From Macrostomum lignano (taxonomy: Eukaryota), in the NCBI GenBank assembly GCA_002269645.1, contig NIVC01000143.1, positions 657,153 to 721,152 of the forward strand: a stretch of 64,000 nt of DNA, written 5' to 3'. Every line of letters starts with the position of its first letter. Position 1 is the first letter of the stretch. Of the stretch, positions 38,036 to 51,624 are shown in pieces. The position numbers were made by a program, and so were the translations under genes. The notes beneath the pieces are model-generated. The model was given only the letters and a program-made list of their open reading frames with translations, was not told the DNA's origin and searched no databases.

Positions 38036-39142
38036 ACTTAGTTTGCTTCTTTTGCGAATTGTTTTTCTTTTGCTTCATTATTTTCCCTGAACTGCTCTTT
38101 CTTTCGCTTTCCTCTTGCCTTTCTTGGTTCTTGTGTTTTTCTGTTTTTGGTTGACTCAATTTTGCGACTTACCCCTGGTCAGCCACGATTTACGGTGGCC
38201 GGATCGGCCAGGTCGGCCAGCAGTTGCGCATGTATGTCTGTACTGTAGCTGGCGCTTCCTCTGTACTGTAGCTGGCGCTTCCTCTGTACTGTAGCTGGCG
38301 CTTCCTCTGTACTGTAGCTGGCGCTTCCTCTGTACTGTAGCTGGCGCTTCCTCTGTACTGTAGCTGGCGCTTCCTCTGTACTGTAGCTGGCGCTTCCTCT
38401 GTACTGTAGTTGGCGTCCCCTCTGTAGATGGCGCCCCCTCTGTAGCTCCTTAAAAATTATCGAATAAAACAAGAAAATATTCTGCTGAAATCTGCTATCA
38501 AATCTTGTGTTAATAGAAAAACCTTAAACTTTCATAATTGAAGCTTGAAAATTGCTTTGCTGGGTGCTACGAACAAGAAAATCTAATATAAACACGAAGG
38601 CTAAAATTTATCCTTCGTGTAATCGTTCGTGTAATCGTTCCTTCGTGGCGGCGGAATCGTTATTTTAAAATCAAAGCTTTTTTCTCAAGTTCCAGGAAAA
38701 GATTTTTACTGACGAAAAAAACAACAGCTAATGTATTTCATTTAAATCAATGAGGCGGCGGAGTCTTTTTAGGGTTCTAATTTATCAAAAGGTGCGTTTA
38801 AGCGCATTAATGAGGCAGTGAATTCCTGTACACGGCTAGAATCGATGATTGATGAGTTTGTCCTGACCGCGGCATATGAGACGCCAAGTTTGATTGAACT
38901 CTGGGTACTTGGGTTTGCATTCATTCATAGGACTTTTAGCGCACATATGAGCATGCGTACTGTGTTTATAGGGTTACATGAGGTGTAGTGCTACAATAGT
39001 TGTTAATAAAGCATTTGGTTTATGGCTGCAGACATAAATCGAAATAGTCGTATATTACTTCATACTTATCTTGTTTATCCTGCTACTTACTGAAAGAGCA
39101 TCATAAATTAGAAACGGGAAAAGAAAATACAACTCTAAAGTG

Positions 39143-42100
39143 TCACAGAGTCAGATGCACAGTCACAAGGATTATCCAGCCTAATAACAGCTTTATGACC
39201 TGTTCCATCTGTAATACTTTGGCCCTGTTAAAATCGCAAGGAATAGTCACATTGTTCAATGCTGGACAGTTTCTGTCAGCGTCCAGGCCATTGTCGCTGG
39301 AGCTGGAAGCGCCACCGCTGCCGCCGCTTGCACCGCCAGTGTCGCTAACTTCGCCGCTCTGATCGTGGGCGCAAGTTCCATTAATAATTCTTGAAGCGCC
39401 CGAGGCCACCAGTTTGCGGGTTAGTAGGCAGTTAAAATTAAACGGAGTCTTGCTGCGATCTCTCCAGTTCTCTATCACTAGTAAAAATAGATTGGTGTCC
39501 TTCAGCGAAGTGACATAATAGAAGCCTTGCATGCAGGGCCCGGATACGTTTCCAACCAGCATCCGACTTCTGCCCAGAGCTGTTTCGTTTACCTCGAATG
39601 AGATCACATCCTGAATGCAGCCGTACGAGTTTGAGAAGCCAGGAATTGGGCCTCTGGTTTTGTATAGATTGTCGCTCTCTTCCGGAGTAGTAGGGATGCC
39701 GTTCATTGTCACCCTGGGCGCGCCGGCTGAAACTGCACGTGCCTTGAAAATCAACCGATTCATCTCGCTGGAATAGTTTCTGACGGAAGACCAGATTCAT
39801 CATCACCTCGCCTTCCTTTTGTCCCAGCGTTACGCCTTTGTAACGGCCTTCGTCTAGATCGGTGGCTTCAATAAAATCTGCGGCCATAATGACGTTGGCC
39901 CGATTGTCAAACACGTAGCATACCGTTTTACAGTTCGGCGAGCCATCTGGGCATTTGTACTCGGCGTTGCAAGACTTAACACCGTCCGAGGCTTGCATCA
40001 AATTGTAGACTTTGCGGTGAAAGTTATTGTAGCCCAAGTCCAGGCTAGTAATCGCTTCTATTCGCTCTGTAGCGCAACGTTTGCCCTGTTGAATCTCTTT
40101 AGTGGTGGCTTTTGCCGCGCTGATATAGCAGTAGCCGCTAGTGCACTCTTCGCCTTCCTCGCAGGGACAGCCTCCGGGCTTCTTTGTTTTACCTGTAACG
40201 TTGCATCCATCTGTTTTATTGTCCATGCCTTCAAATACAGCCTGCGAAATAGTGATAATCTTGCCGCTGCCTGCCGAATCATAATAGGGCGTCGATATTG
40301 AAGTCTTTGTTGGCGAACTCTTTGTCCGACTGTACCAGGGCCGTTTCGTTGGGTCATATGGTCTTACCGAGCGGTGCCCGGGATAAGTGCGGAACACGCC
40401 GCTGCGCATGCCAACGTAGGTCCAGATTACCTCGTCAATCCAGCTAAACTTGCGCTCTCGCCACCGCTCTTCAATTGGCTGCGTGACCAGCACGTAGGCT
40501 CTTGAGCCGGCTTCGAATATGGCTTGGTCGGTGGTTTTGCTATCCGGACTGTGGCACCCAGTGTCCGGCTTTCCCGTGTTCATGTACTCGTGTGCGTCCA
40601 ACGTTTTTCTGGCTAGATCATCATCGAATAAGTAGCGAAGTGGCTCGCAGTAGCACTTTGGCGCAAAAAATATACTGGAATGTAGCTCGGTGATTCGAAG
40701 CTTTTGAAACTTCTTCGACATATTGTACTTTACGTTCAAATATTTGAAGACATCCGGGTAGTGTTTCAGCACTGTGCTGCTGTTATATTCAATTAGCAAA
40801 TTGAAATAGCTGCGATTTCGCGGCACAAGTTCTTCGAATTCTATTTTTGGCTCAATTAACTTACGGTAGACTTTGTCGGTTTTAGAGAGGACGAATGCAA
40901 CGGAATATTCGGAGTCCTCTATATTAGTGAAGTAATATTCCAGAGGCATGGTTTCGTATTTGACACCGGCTCTGTAATCGCCCTTTGAGATTCCTCGCCT
41001 ACCATTCTCAATAGCAATCATTCCGGTCTCTCCATTTATCATTTTCTGTGTGACCTTGTTGAATTCTTTCGGTATACTCTTTTTATTTTGCTCCATTCGC
41101 TGGATGTGTATAAATATCGGGTCATCCTTTAAACTGGCACTACCCTTCAATAACGGATGGTATATCGTCTGGCCTTCCTTATCGATTAGAAAGGACGTCA
41201 CTGAGCCCCACTGCCGCCGTGTCACATAAGTTTCAATTTCCTCTAGAGTGGCGTCCACGCCAACAACTCCGATAGTTCTGGGCTTGCCAGTATCGATCGT
41301 GCTAATTACTGGGACCGCGTGGGTGACCATAGTGCCCAAGCCAAACGCGTCAATGTATGGCGACGTCCACAGGCCCTTTGAGTTTTGCGCCACCCTGGCC
41401 AAGAAGTCGAAATAGTTGTCCATGCGCGAAATGAGATTCTCGCCGTCCTCCAGCTTTCTGAGGCTGCCGCTGTGATTGCAGGCTAGCGCCCCGGGAAACA
41501 TCTGCCCGTCGTCTTTAATTAAATAGCTGAAAATTCTAGCAGGCGGCCTGCTGTCAGCGTTTGTGGCGTTTACTACTGACCAGACCTTCGTCCAATTGTA
41601 CTTGCACACTGGGCCTGGCACGTAGCCAGACCGCGTGTAATAGCCCGGACCGCAGCGCACTGTCTCTCCGTCCGTATCCTTGCCATCGGTGATGAACACT
41701 AAGATTGACAGACAGCCTGTTCTCGGCTGCGAGTTCAACAATTCAAAGCCCATCTGGAAGCCGTGCTCGAGTTCGCTAGTACCGCCCGGTTTTAACCCGT
41801 CAATCTTCTCCATGAGGTCTTTTCTGAATTCAATAGTAGCGGGAACCATTTTTGTCTCCTGGCAGCTGAGTACCTCGGATTTGAAGTAGTGCCACTTGCC
41901 AACCTCGTCCCAATGGCTAGCTCTTGCGCAGACAACATTCATGTAATCCTGTTTGGTGAGAGTTCGGATCACCGCCTTGGCAACTGATCTGGCTATACCG
42001 AATTTCTCACCTTCCATGCTGGCACTGCAGTCTATTATTATCACCACATCCTTTGGTCCGCTTGTAGCAGCAATGTACCACGGCCGTATTCGAGGATCGT

Positions 42101-42866
42101 AGTCTGTATAAAAGCCTACAAAATTAGAACTCCATTCCCGGCCTGGATACAATCTGGTAACTCCGGTGCTTGATCCAAAGTACAGCCACCGAATGCTGCT
42201 ATCATTCTGATAAGTCTCATTGAAAATTCTCTCCAGCTCGTAGGTCCACTCGACCGTAAAGATAGTCTCATTTAGGTCACGCGGCACATCGTCTGGTATT
42301 TTAATAGTGGAGAAATTGTACGTGATGTGCTGCCGAAAGAATGGCACCAGAGTCATGCCTGAATTTGCCAGTCGATGCGGAATGTCCGAGTCTCGATAGA
42401 TATCAACACTGAGGTCGCTCAGGCTTGCTGCAATTTTCCTTTGGCCGCTTCTAACTTGTCGGTAGTGTCTGTTGTAGGCCTCAGCCGCTGCCTCGGCAAT
42501 TCTGTGCGCCGTTGCTTTCTTCTTGCGAAAATAAGCGCTCAGCTCCTGCTTAACCTGCATCGTCACATTAGTGCCGTTCTTTTTCTCATAAAGATATTCG
42601 GCTTGGTCGAATAGCATCTGAGTCTGGTCCCGTTGAATGCCGTCGGCCGCCACCTGTTGAATGTAATTCTGTATCATGTCTGCCCAGTTGTACACGTCAC
42701 CGTACATTGTGCCATCCTTGGTGCTCTCCTTAATTCGATCGTCTGATCCACTCGCCGAATAGATGGAAGCCACCTCCGTTATGGAATATGCCATGGTCGG
42801 TTGCATCGGCAAGTGATCAACTGTGCTCAAGCCTATGGCTATCAATACCAGAATAAGTCGCTGCAT
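39143..42866 (-). CDS. Voltage-gated Ca-channel alpha2delta / VWA-Cache family protein, single exon, one frameshift near 39725, nested in EDRF1 intron 5
   Basis: Signal peptide MQRLILVLIAIGLS. YDPRIRPWYIAATSGPKDVVIIIDCSASM (VWA with DxSxS), WTSPYIDAFGLG, GVVGVD, FLIDKEG..IYHP, YDPTKRPWY (Cache). Hydrophobic C-terminal tail. ORFs 39438-42953 and 39143-39763 join if one base is removed (3724 nt = 3n+1). Confidence 0.9.
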
Positions 42867-44339
42867 GACTTTGTTTCTTTGCCACATGAGTGCAATTTGA
42901 GATCGAGGCTTCTCAACTTGATTCTGTGTTGTCAACTTCTTTAAATCTCTCAAATAAGCCGGTTGCAGTCTCAGCCGACCATCTTAAGAAGACTTTTGAC
43001 TGTAGCAACCAATATATAACCAATATGTCAAGCTACCTTTTTTATCTTGTCCAGGAAGCTCAACTGGGATCTATGCTATGCATGTATATTGTATTTTGTA
43101 TATTGCTGCGCAAACTTAATCCCGCGGCGGTACTGGAGGGGGAAGGTCGGTTAGGGGGGGGGGGCAGGGTAGAACTTGCAGTCCCGTTTCCGCCACCTAT
43201 TCGCTGAGCCTCTCCTTCTCCGCCCTCGAAGCCGCCCGGGCACAGCAGCCCAATCCGACTGTCGGTGCGGAGGGAGACTCAGGAATTCCCGGCTTCCTCC
43301 TTTCCTCCCTCAATACATCTCCTCCGTCTCTCTTTGTGCGTCTGCCTGCCTGTGTGTGTGAATGAAAGGAACTGCGGGCCTGGACTTGAGGCGCCTCTCT
43401 TGTCGCTAGCAAATTCATCCTCCACCACTCAACTCGCTCTACCGTATGTGGTTTTTGTGACCACCTACCTTCGTTTTTCCTCTTGTATTCCCTGAATTCC
43501 TGGCTTCTATTTCCTTCACAATCTTCGGCCAAGCCTGCAGACAGACAGTTTTAGATTTTTTCCCTAAATCTCCAGGCTTTTTCAGACCCTGACCACTCTT
43601 TCCCCGCCTCTCCAGTGCCTATTTTGTCCTTCGGTGCGCGTCAATAGAATTTATTGCGTATTAAGTTCTCTCTGATCCCTCTAGGCCTGGCCGATCGGAT
43701 ATATATATAGCCAGAAAAAAGTAGAATAGATTTTTTGTTAGTCAAAGAAATAAGCTGAAAACTTGGCCCCCTAGGGGATAGGGAAAGATTTTCTTGCTCC
43801 GATAGAGGGTGAGTGAGAAGGATCAAAAATAGAGTGGCGGATAAGTATGCAAACCTGATTAGGGTGCAGCCCTGCCTCTCCCCCCTTACTGCCCATCCTC
43901 CATATATACGCCCCTCTGTACACTTAGAGTCCGACCCTGGGATTTTTAGAGGCCCAGCTTTAGTATACATGTAGGGAAGGCTAAGGACCTAGAATAATCT
44001 AATATGGCCACACTCGGCCTTCTTAAGTGGCGAGATTGTGTATGTAAATATTTTTATTTCTATAATGTAAGCCTGGTATAAAAGCGACTTGGCTTTTTCC
44101 TATTCAGCCACTTAGTAGAATCCAAATATGGCTGTTGGGCATGGGAATTTATTGATACGATTGAAGCAAGTAGTGCCTAGTTATTCTTTTCATTTCCAGG
44201 CTAGCATAGCTTCGATTTTCAGTTTCAGGGTTGGCCTCGCACCAGTATCGAATTGGTCCAGTATGAAGATTAGCCCCATTGTAGTATTGAGATTAGCGCC
44301 ATTATATTGCATCTAGATTAGCCTCGCTATATATACTAT

Positions 44340-45105
44340 GAAGATTGGTGCCACTTTAGTATAGATTCTCATCACTAGTAGCGAGATTAGCGCCACTATA
44401 GCCTTAAGATTTGTGCCACTATAGTAGCGAGATTGGCGCCACTATAGCCTTAAGATTTGTGCCACTATAGTAGCGAGATTGGCGCCACTATAGCCTTAAG
44501 ATTTGTGCCACTATAGTAGCGAGATTGGCGCCACTATAGCCTTAAGATTTGTGCCACTATAGTAGCGAGATTAGCGCCACTATAGTATAAAGATTAGCGC
44601 CAAAGTAGTGTAAAGATTGGCGCCACTATAGTATAAAGATTAGCGCCAAAGTAGTGTAAAGATTGGCGCCACTATAGTATAAAGATTAGCGCCAAAGTAG
44701 TGTAAAGATTGGCGCCACTATAGTATAAAGATTAGCGCCAAAGTAGTGTAAAGATTGGCGCCACTATAGTATAAAGATTAGCGCCAAAGTAGTGTAAAGA
44801 TTGGCGCCACTATAGTATAAAGATTAGCGCCAAAGTAGTGTAAAGATTGGCGCCACTATAGTATAAAGATTAGCGCCAAAGTAGTGTAAAGATTGGCGCC
44901 ACTATAGTATAAAGATTAGCGCCAAAGTAGTGTAAAGATTGGCGCCACTATAGTATAAAGATTAGCGCCAAAGTAGTGTAAAGATTGGCGCCACTATAGT
45001 ATAAAGATTAGCGCCAAAGTAGTGTAAAGATTGGCGCCACTATAGTATAAAGATTAGCGCCAAAGTAGTGTAAAGATTGGCGCCACTATAGTATAGAGAT
45101 TATCG
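44340..45105. repeat. 46-bp (2x23) minisatellite
   Basis: Unit TAGTATAAAGATTAGCGCCAAAGTAGTGTAAAGATTGGCGCCACTA; an older variant lies at 44380-44580. Confidence 0.95.
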
Positions 45106-46056
45106 CCACTTTCGTACCGATTTCTCCTTCAATTTGCCACTGAGCAATATCCCAGGCTCACACTAATCTCTTTCCTAATTCCCCAGCTCCATAGTCATAT
45201 ATCGAATTACTACTACTCCGTGATCTACTGGGCTAAGCAGATAGGCCATAGGAATCGTTTGATCAGAATTTATGGATTAATGCACTGGCGATCATATTAT
45301 CTAGTTAGCTGTGCGCTATTAACCAAACGGTTTACGATTCAATGCTTCATCTGACAGGCTGTAATTTTTCCTGCATCTTATCCTCCGGTCCCCAAGGCGA
45401 AAGGTTTATATGGTTAATAATAGTGTAGCTACTAAATATGCTAGCTGCAGGCGGCACTCTACTAAATCTATCTTGTTCCAAGTGGACTTCTGATGCAAAA
45501 AAGATAAATTATAGGCCTAAATAGGAACCCCCTCTCTCTCTCTCTCTGCTCCGTCTTCCTTCATTCTTGCTCTGAAATTTCTTCTAAGAGGCTATTTTTA
45601 GCATCAGAAGATAGAATTCGAAATTGCGGCTGTATGCTATGGGAGGGAGTTCAACGAATGCTGGCAATGGCATACTCGCTCACTTTGACCATCGAAGCTT
45701 CTGTGACCCTTTCTTCAACCCAAGTAAATTCCTCTTAGTTCGAAAACTGTCCCAACCTACGTCCGCTTCTCGCCCCCTTTTCCCCGCTTCCTGTCTAAGG
45801 TCAGCCGAGGCCATGAATGCTTTGAAAATTGGCACAATTTTATTACGCTTTATTAAATTTAAATACATGAATATTGTATATTCTGTTATATTCTGTATAT
45901 TCTGTATATATCTGTATATATCTGTATATTCTATATATTGTATAGGGGATCGGCGTCAACAGACTAGTAAAGTATTAATTTTTTCCGGCTTCAATTTTTT
46001 TAGGTGACAAAAAATTTATAAAATTACTCATAAAGCAGAAAAATGACATTCTTAGT

Positions 46057-47260
<1,204 letters not shown>

Positions 47261-47488
47261 CATTCTCAAACTTTTCCGATAACTGATATCGGGTAAAAGT
47301 AGCGTGCTTTTATACATGTACAATAAATGCGCAAACAGCCAACAAACAGCAATACATCCACGTCATATATCACCCGAGCTCAAGTTGCATTCAAATGCCA
47401 ATTTAAATGTCCTGCGCGATTAATCATACGTCCCACCAGTGCCAGTACAAACTCGCTGATTTCCAATCCGTTTCTACTCCACCCGCAG

Positions 47489-47635
47489 CGCTGCAAAGAG
47501 GTGATCCGGCTGAGCCGCCAGGCCCTGACCATGTGCGACACGGAGACCCCCGGCGACAGGCGGGACAGCTTCCGCTACCAGGCCGCTCAGGCGCACAAAA
47601 ACGTTGCCGACATGCTGCTGAGGGCCTACTTGGAG
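47489..47635 (+). CDS. EDRF1: EDRF1 exon 6
   Basis: Acceptor CCGCAG, RCKEVIRLSRQALTMCD...YQAAQAHKNVADM (helical repeat-like), donor GTAGGA at 47636. Confidence 0.72.
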
Positions 47636-47644
47636 GTAGGAGAG

Positions 47645-48330
47645 TGCTCCCATCTCACCCCATCTTATCTGAATCTCTACCTCCCATCTCACTCTGAACT
47701 CACTCCACCTCAACTCCATCTCACCCCTATCTCACTGAATCTCAATCCCATCTCACCCCACCTCACCCCCATCTCATACCAATCTCACCCATCTCACCCC
47801 CATCTCTTTCCAATATCACTCCATCTCACCCCCATCTCATACCAATCTGTCTGTCACCCATCTCACCCATCTCACCCCTATTTCATACCAATCTCACCAA
47901 TCTCACCCCCATCTCATACCAATCTCACCCATCTCATACCAATCTCACCCATCTCACCCCTATCTCACTCTTATCTCACTCCATCTCATCTCTATCTCAC
48001 TTTATCTCGATCACCCCCATCTCACTTCGATCTCACTTTAATCTCACTCCATCTCACTCCTATCTCATCCCCATATCACTTAATCTCACTCCTCTATCTC
48101 ACTCCGATTTCACTCCATCTCACCCCCATCTCATCCAAATCTCACCCCCACTTACTCCATCTCACCCCCATCTCATCCCTATCTCACCCAATTTCACTCC
48201 ATCTCAATCTCAACCCATCACACTCCATCACACCCCATCTCACTCTGATCTCGCTCCATCTCATTCCATCTCATCCTTCAACCTCAACCACCCCATCCCA
48301 CCCTCCAATCTTACCTATCCCTCCCTATCT
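47645..48330. repeat. CATCTCACC-type low-complexity tract at the start of EDRF1 intron 6
   Basis: Direct reading; gives an H/L/P/S-rich spurious ORF. Confidence 0.9.
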
Positions 48331-49089
48331 AAACAAATAGAGCAGTTTATTTATCTTGGTTCCGGAGTGCGCACGGCACACTTCGTGGAAATTTAATTGC
48401 CTTTTTTATTAGCCATCAGTTTTCGTAAGTCTCCACGCAATCATTCCTACAACAGGGAATTCTGTAGCCTAATCATTTCACTTACCTCTGTGAGGCGGCT
48501 AGGGGTGGGGGCAGAGCTCTGACATGATTAAATATTTAGTCAGTATTGATTGGAAAATTCCCTCTAGTGGAACCGAGAGGGGAGGGTGGAGGTTCGGCTG
48601 TTTTCAAACGCCATAAGAAAAATTGATTTCCTAGGCGAGACTATTGTGTGTGTTTGTGTGTTAGGCCCGCCCAGTGTTTCCTTTGCTGAGGTAGCGCTTT
48701 TTTGCCCATAATTCTGCGTGGTTTTTATATTCTTTTATTGCGTGCAAAACAGTCACGTTAGTTAGCCTTTGTGCGGCCTGGATCTGTCTTGTTTTGTCTT
48801 TGTAGTGAGTGCCTTTGAGGCAGTGTTAGTATTTTTAGATTGTGTCCGGAAAGCCATCGAACTAATAAAAGGTCCAATTAAGGTGACAATCATTACATTA
48901 ATTGTCTTGCCGATTCCCTGAGGGTGTCTGTAATTGTAAATTAACTTCCAGAGATCTAAGATCTTTAAGATGTCTTTATAGTCCCTGAGAATTACTTTAA
49001 TTTCCCTAAAATAATATTCAGGAATCTTATTACGAGTAAAAAAAATTAATCCCTTTGGAATCACCCTAATTCTTTTTTAAATTGCCCCA

Positions 49090-49508
49090 ATCACCTTAGA
49101 ATCGCGCTAATCCCCCTAGAATCACGCTAATCCCCTTAGAATCGCACCAATCCCCTTAGAATCGCACCAATCCTATCAGAATCGTGCTAATCCCCTTTAT
49201 AATCGCGCTAATCCCTTCAGAATCTCGCTAATCCCTTCAGAATTACGCCAATCCCCTCAGAATCAAGCTAATCCCCTTAGAATCGGGCTAATCCCCTCAG
49301 AATCAAGCTAATCCCCTTAGAATCGCGCTAATCCCTTTAAAATCTCGCTAATCCCCTCAGAATCAAGCTAATCCCCTTAGAATCGCGCTAATCCCTTTAA
49401 AATCTCGCTAATCCCCTCAGAATCACGCTAATCCCCTCAGAATCGTGCTAATCCCCTTAGAATCGCGCTAATCCCTTTATAATCTCGCTAATCCCCTTAG
49501 AATCGCTC
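49090..49508. repeat. About 20-bp minisatellite GCTAATCCCCTYAGAATCRC at the 3' end of EDRF1 intron 6
   Basis: Direct reading. Confidence 0.92.
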
Positions 49509-49546
49509 CATAGTGAATGTTTCCCTGGTAACTGGTTGACCCGCAG

Positions 49547-50059
49547 GGCTGGTCAACAGCAAAGAGCCTGTCCGACTGCCGGTCGAAGTGGATGTCAGGC
49601 TACACGAGCTGCATCAGTCTGCTGCTCAGCATCCGAGCAGACAAGCAGTTGCGCAATCCTCACATGTGCTTGGAAGCCATCGGCAAGCTGGCCAAGTTCC
49701 AGATGGACCGGGCCGACGAGCACAGGAAGCGAGCCACTGCCACCGGAGCAATTCTCGGGCCCAATCAGCGACGCTACCGTCACGAATTAGCGTTGCTAAG
49801 GATACTAGCCGTTGCTAGGCACCCGTTGGAGGAGCTGCTAGCGGACAATGCCGATCTAGATTGGTCCGTGGTTCGCTCCCTGATTCGCGTGGTGTCTCGC
49901 GAAGCTCTGGACGCTGTTCGAGGCCTGCTGCAGCTGGCTCGAATTTTGCGCGACTCGGAGAAGTTGGACCAGGTGAAAAATCTCTACGCTGCCCTGCTGA
50001 GACGGCTGAACAGTGTGGTGTCTGATAGTGAGACAGGATCTACGAGAGAGATCTTCTGA
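49547..50059 (+). CDS. EDRF1: EDRF1 exon 7 (terminal)
   Basis: Acceptor CCGCAG, open frame to TGA at 50057-50059. Spliced total is 3870 nt (1289 aa), similar to the size of vertebrate EDRF1. Confidence 0.75.
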   Translation, partial: GWSTAKSLSDCRSKWMSGYTSCISLLLSIRADKQLRNPHMCLEAIGKLAKFQMDRADEHRKRATATGAILGPNQRRYRHELALLRILAVARHPLEELLADNADLDWSVVRSLIRVVSREALDAVRGLLQLARILRDSEKLDQVKNLYAALLRRLNSVVSDSETGSTREIF

Positions 50060-50739
50060 CTGCCGCTAGGAGGCGTTCTGCATTCTGTCAGACTGGTGCA
50101 CAGAGCATGCCACGCCTTCGACAGCCGGCGCCACCTGTCAGTCTGGAGATGATGAAGTCGACTCGATGCCAGATTTCGTGGAACCGCCGGCAGCTGCTCT
50201 GAGAGACTGATTCTTTGACATTAGCAATGACCGTTCTTTCGTGTCTACTTTCAGTAGTTGGTCATTTATTGCAACATATTTTTCTAATCAAAATCGCATT
50301 TTTTCTGTGTCATCTTTTTTATTAAGACAAAATATTCATATTCAGGCTTCATAGTATAATTATTAATTACTTGTTATTATTCCAGAGACTTTAATTGTAA
50401 ATTTTATCATAAGATAAACACACAAAGTAAACAGTTACAGCCTATTGGAAACATGAAAGTTGCCGTGTCCCCCATTGTTCGAGTTATTTGTTTAAACTTT
50501 TTGTACTCATTTCTAGTAGCTAAATGAGTGACTGGTGTACTGTCTTTAATTGTTTTTCTAAGTTAATAAATTCATCGTACGATTCACAGCCACGATCGGG
50601 GGGCCAAGCTTCCAAGGCTTAACTTGTATGTGCGCTAAGAGTCAACGGATGGGCGGAACTGCCTCATGAATGTTCATCGAATTTTCCAATAATAATTGTA
50701 GCACCTTATTCGAGACATGGATTTTTTTATTCATAAAAT

Positions 50740-51340
50740 TCAATGCAGAACATTTTTGTTTATAAATACTCCAGGTGGAACGAAAGTCTTTTCGTCAGTA
50801 CGTCTGGACAAGCAAATGGTGAAAATCATCCACCTGGTCTCGGAGAGGGCACTTTCGCAGACGCTCCGCAACACCTGCAATGAGGCGTCTTCAACCTCTT
50901 GACAGCTGTTGAAGGTCATGCCACGGAGTGCGTTCTTCAGCCAGAGGAATAGAGTTTGGTTCCACAGGTTCAGATCGGGACTGTAGGGCTCTGCCAAATC
51001 ACGGTGACAGCGATCGTGCAGGAAATCTCGAAAGAGTCGTGGTAAATCTCGAAAGAGTCTTGGTAAATCTCGAAAGAGTCTTGGTAAATCTCGAAAGAGT
51101 CTTGGTAAATCTCGAAAGAGTCTTGGTAAATCTCGAAAGAGTCGTGGTAAATCTCGAAAGAGTCGTGGTAAATCTCGAAAGAGTCGTGGTAAATCTCGAA
51201 AGAGTCGTGGTAAATCTCGAAAGAGTCGTGGTAAATCTCGAAAGAGTCGTGGTAAATCTCGAAAGAGTCGTGGTAAATCTCGAAAGAGTCGCGGTAAATC
51301 TCGAAAGAGTCGCGCTACGTGCGGTCGAGCATTAATTTTC
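50740..51340 (-). mobile_element. Mariner transposase C-terminal remnant with an in-frame 21-bp tandem expansion
   Basis: NARPHVA and PYSPDL motifs, then LFLWLKNALRGMTFNS..EV. About 14 copies of GTCGTGGTAAATCTCGAAAGA at 51025-51312. Confidence 0.85.
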
Positions 51341-51624
51341 TTTTCAGGCTCCATGCTTTGCGCTTTTACTATAGGCTCGTTGCATGCACTATTAGCATGG
51401 ACAACTAGAGTAGCAGCTACTCTAGTTGTCCATGACTAATAGACACTTAAGGATTTTAAGCCTGACTCCAAGTGAGTGTTGCTCTTAGAAAGCGACTTTT
51501 ATTGGCAGCTGGTTCGTTCATGGCCAAACGACAAGATTTTGTTCAACCCGAGTACAAACCAGCAAGGAGTAAATAAACAAGAAGGCAACAATAAATAAAG
51601 CTAGTTACTAAACGCCGTCGGTCT

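Larger units (their letters stand above)
35393..38240. mobile_element. Non-autonomous Tc1/mariner-like TIR element (TA TSD), 2.85 kb, carrying a 28S rDNA fragment and an internal satellite
   Basis: Left CAGTTCATACATGCGCAACT; right reverse complement CAGACATACATGCGCAACT. TA at 35391-35392 and 38241-38242. Removing it restores the host repeat unit CCTCTGTACTGTAGCT. Confidence 0.8.
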
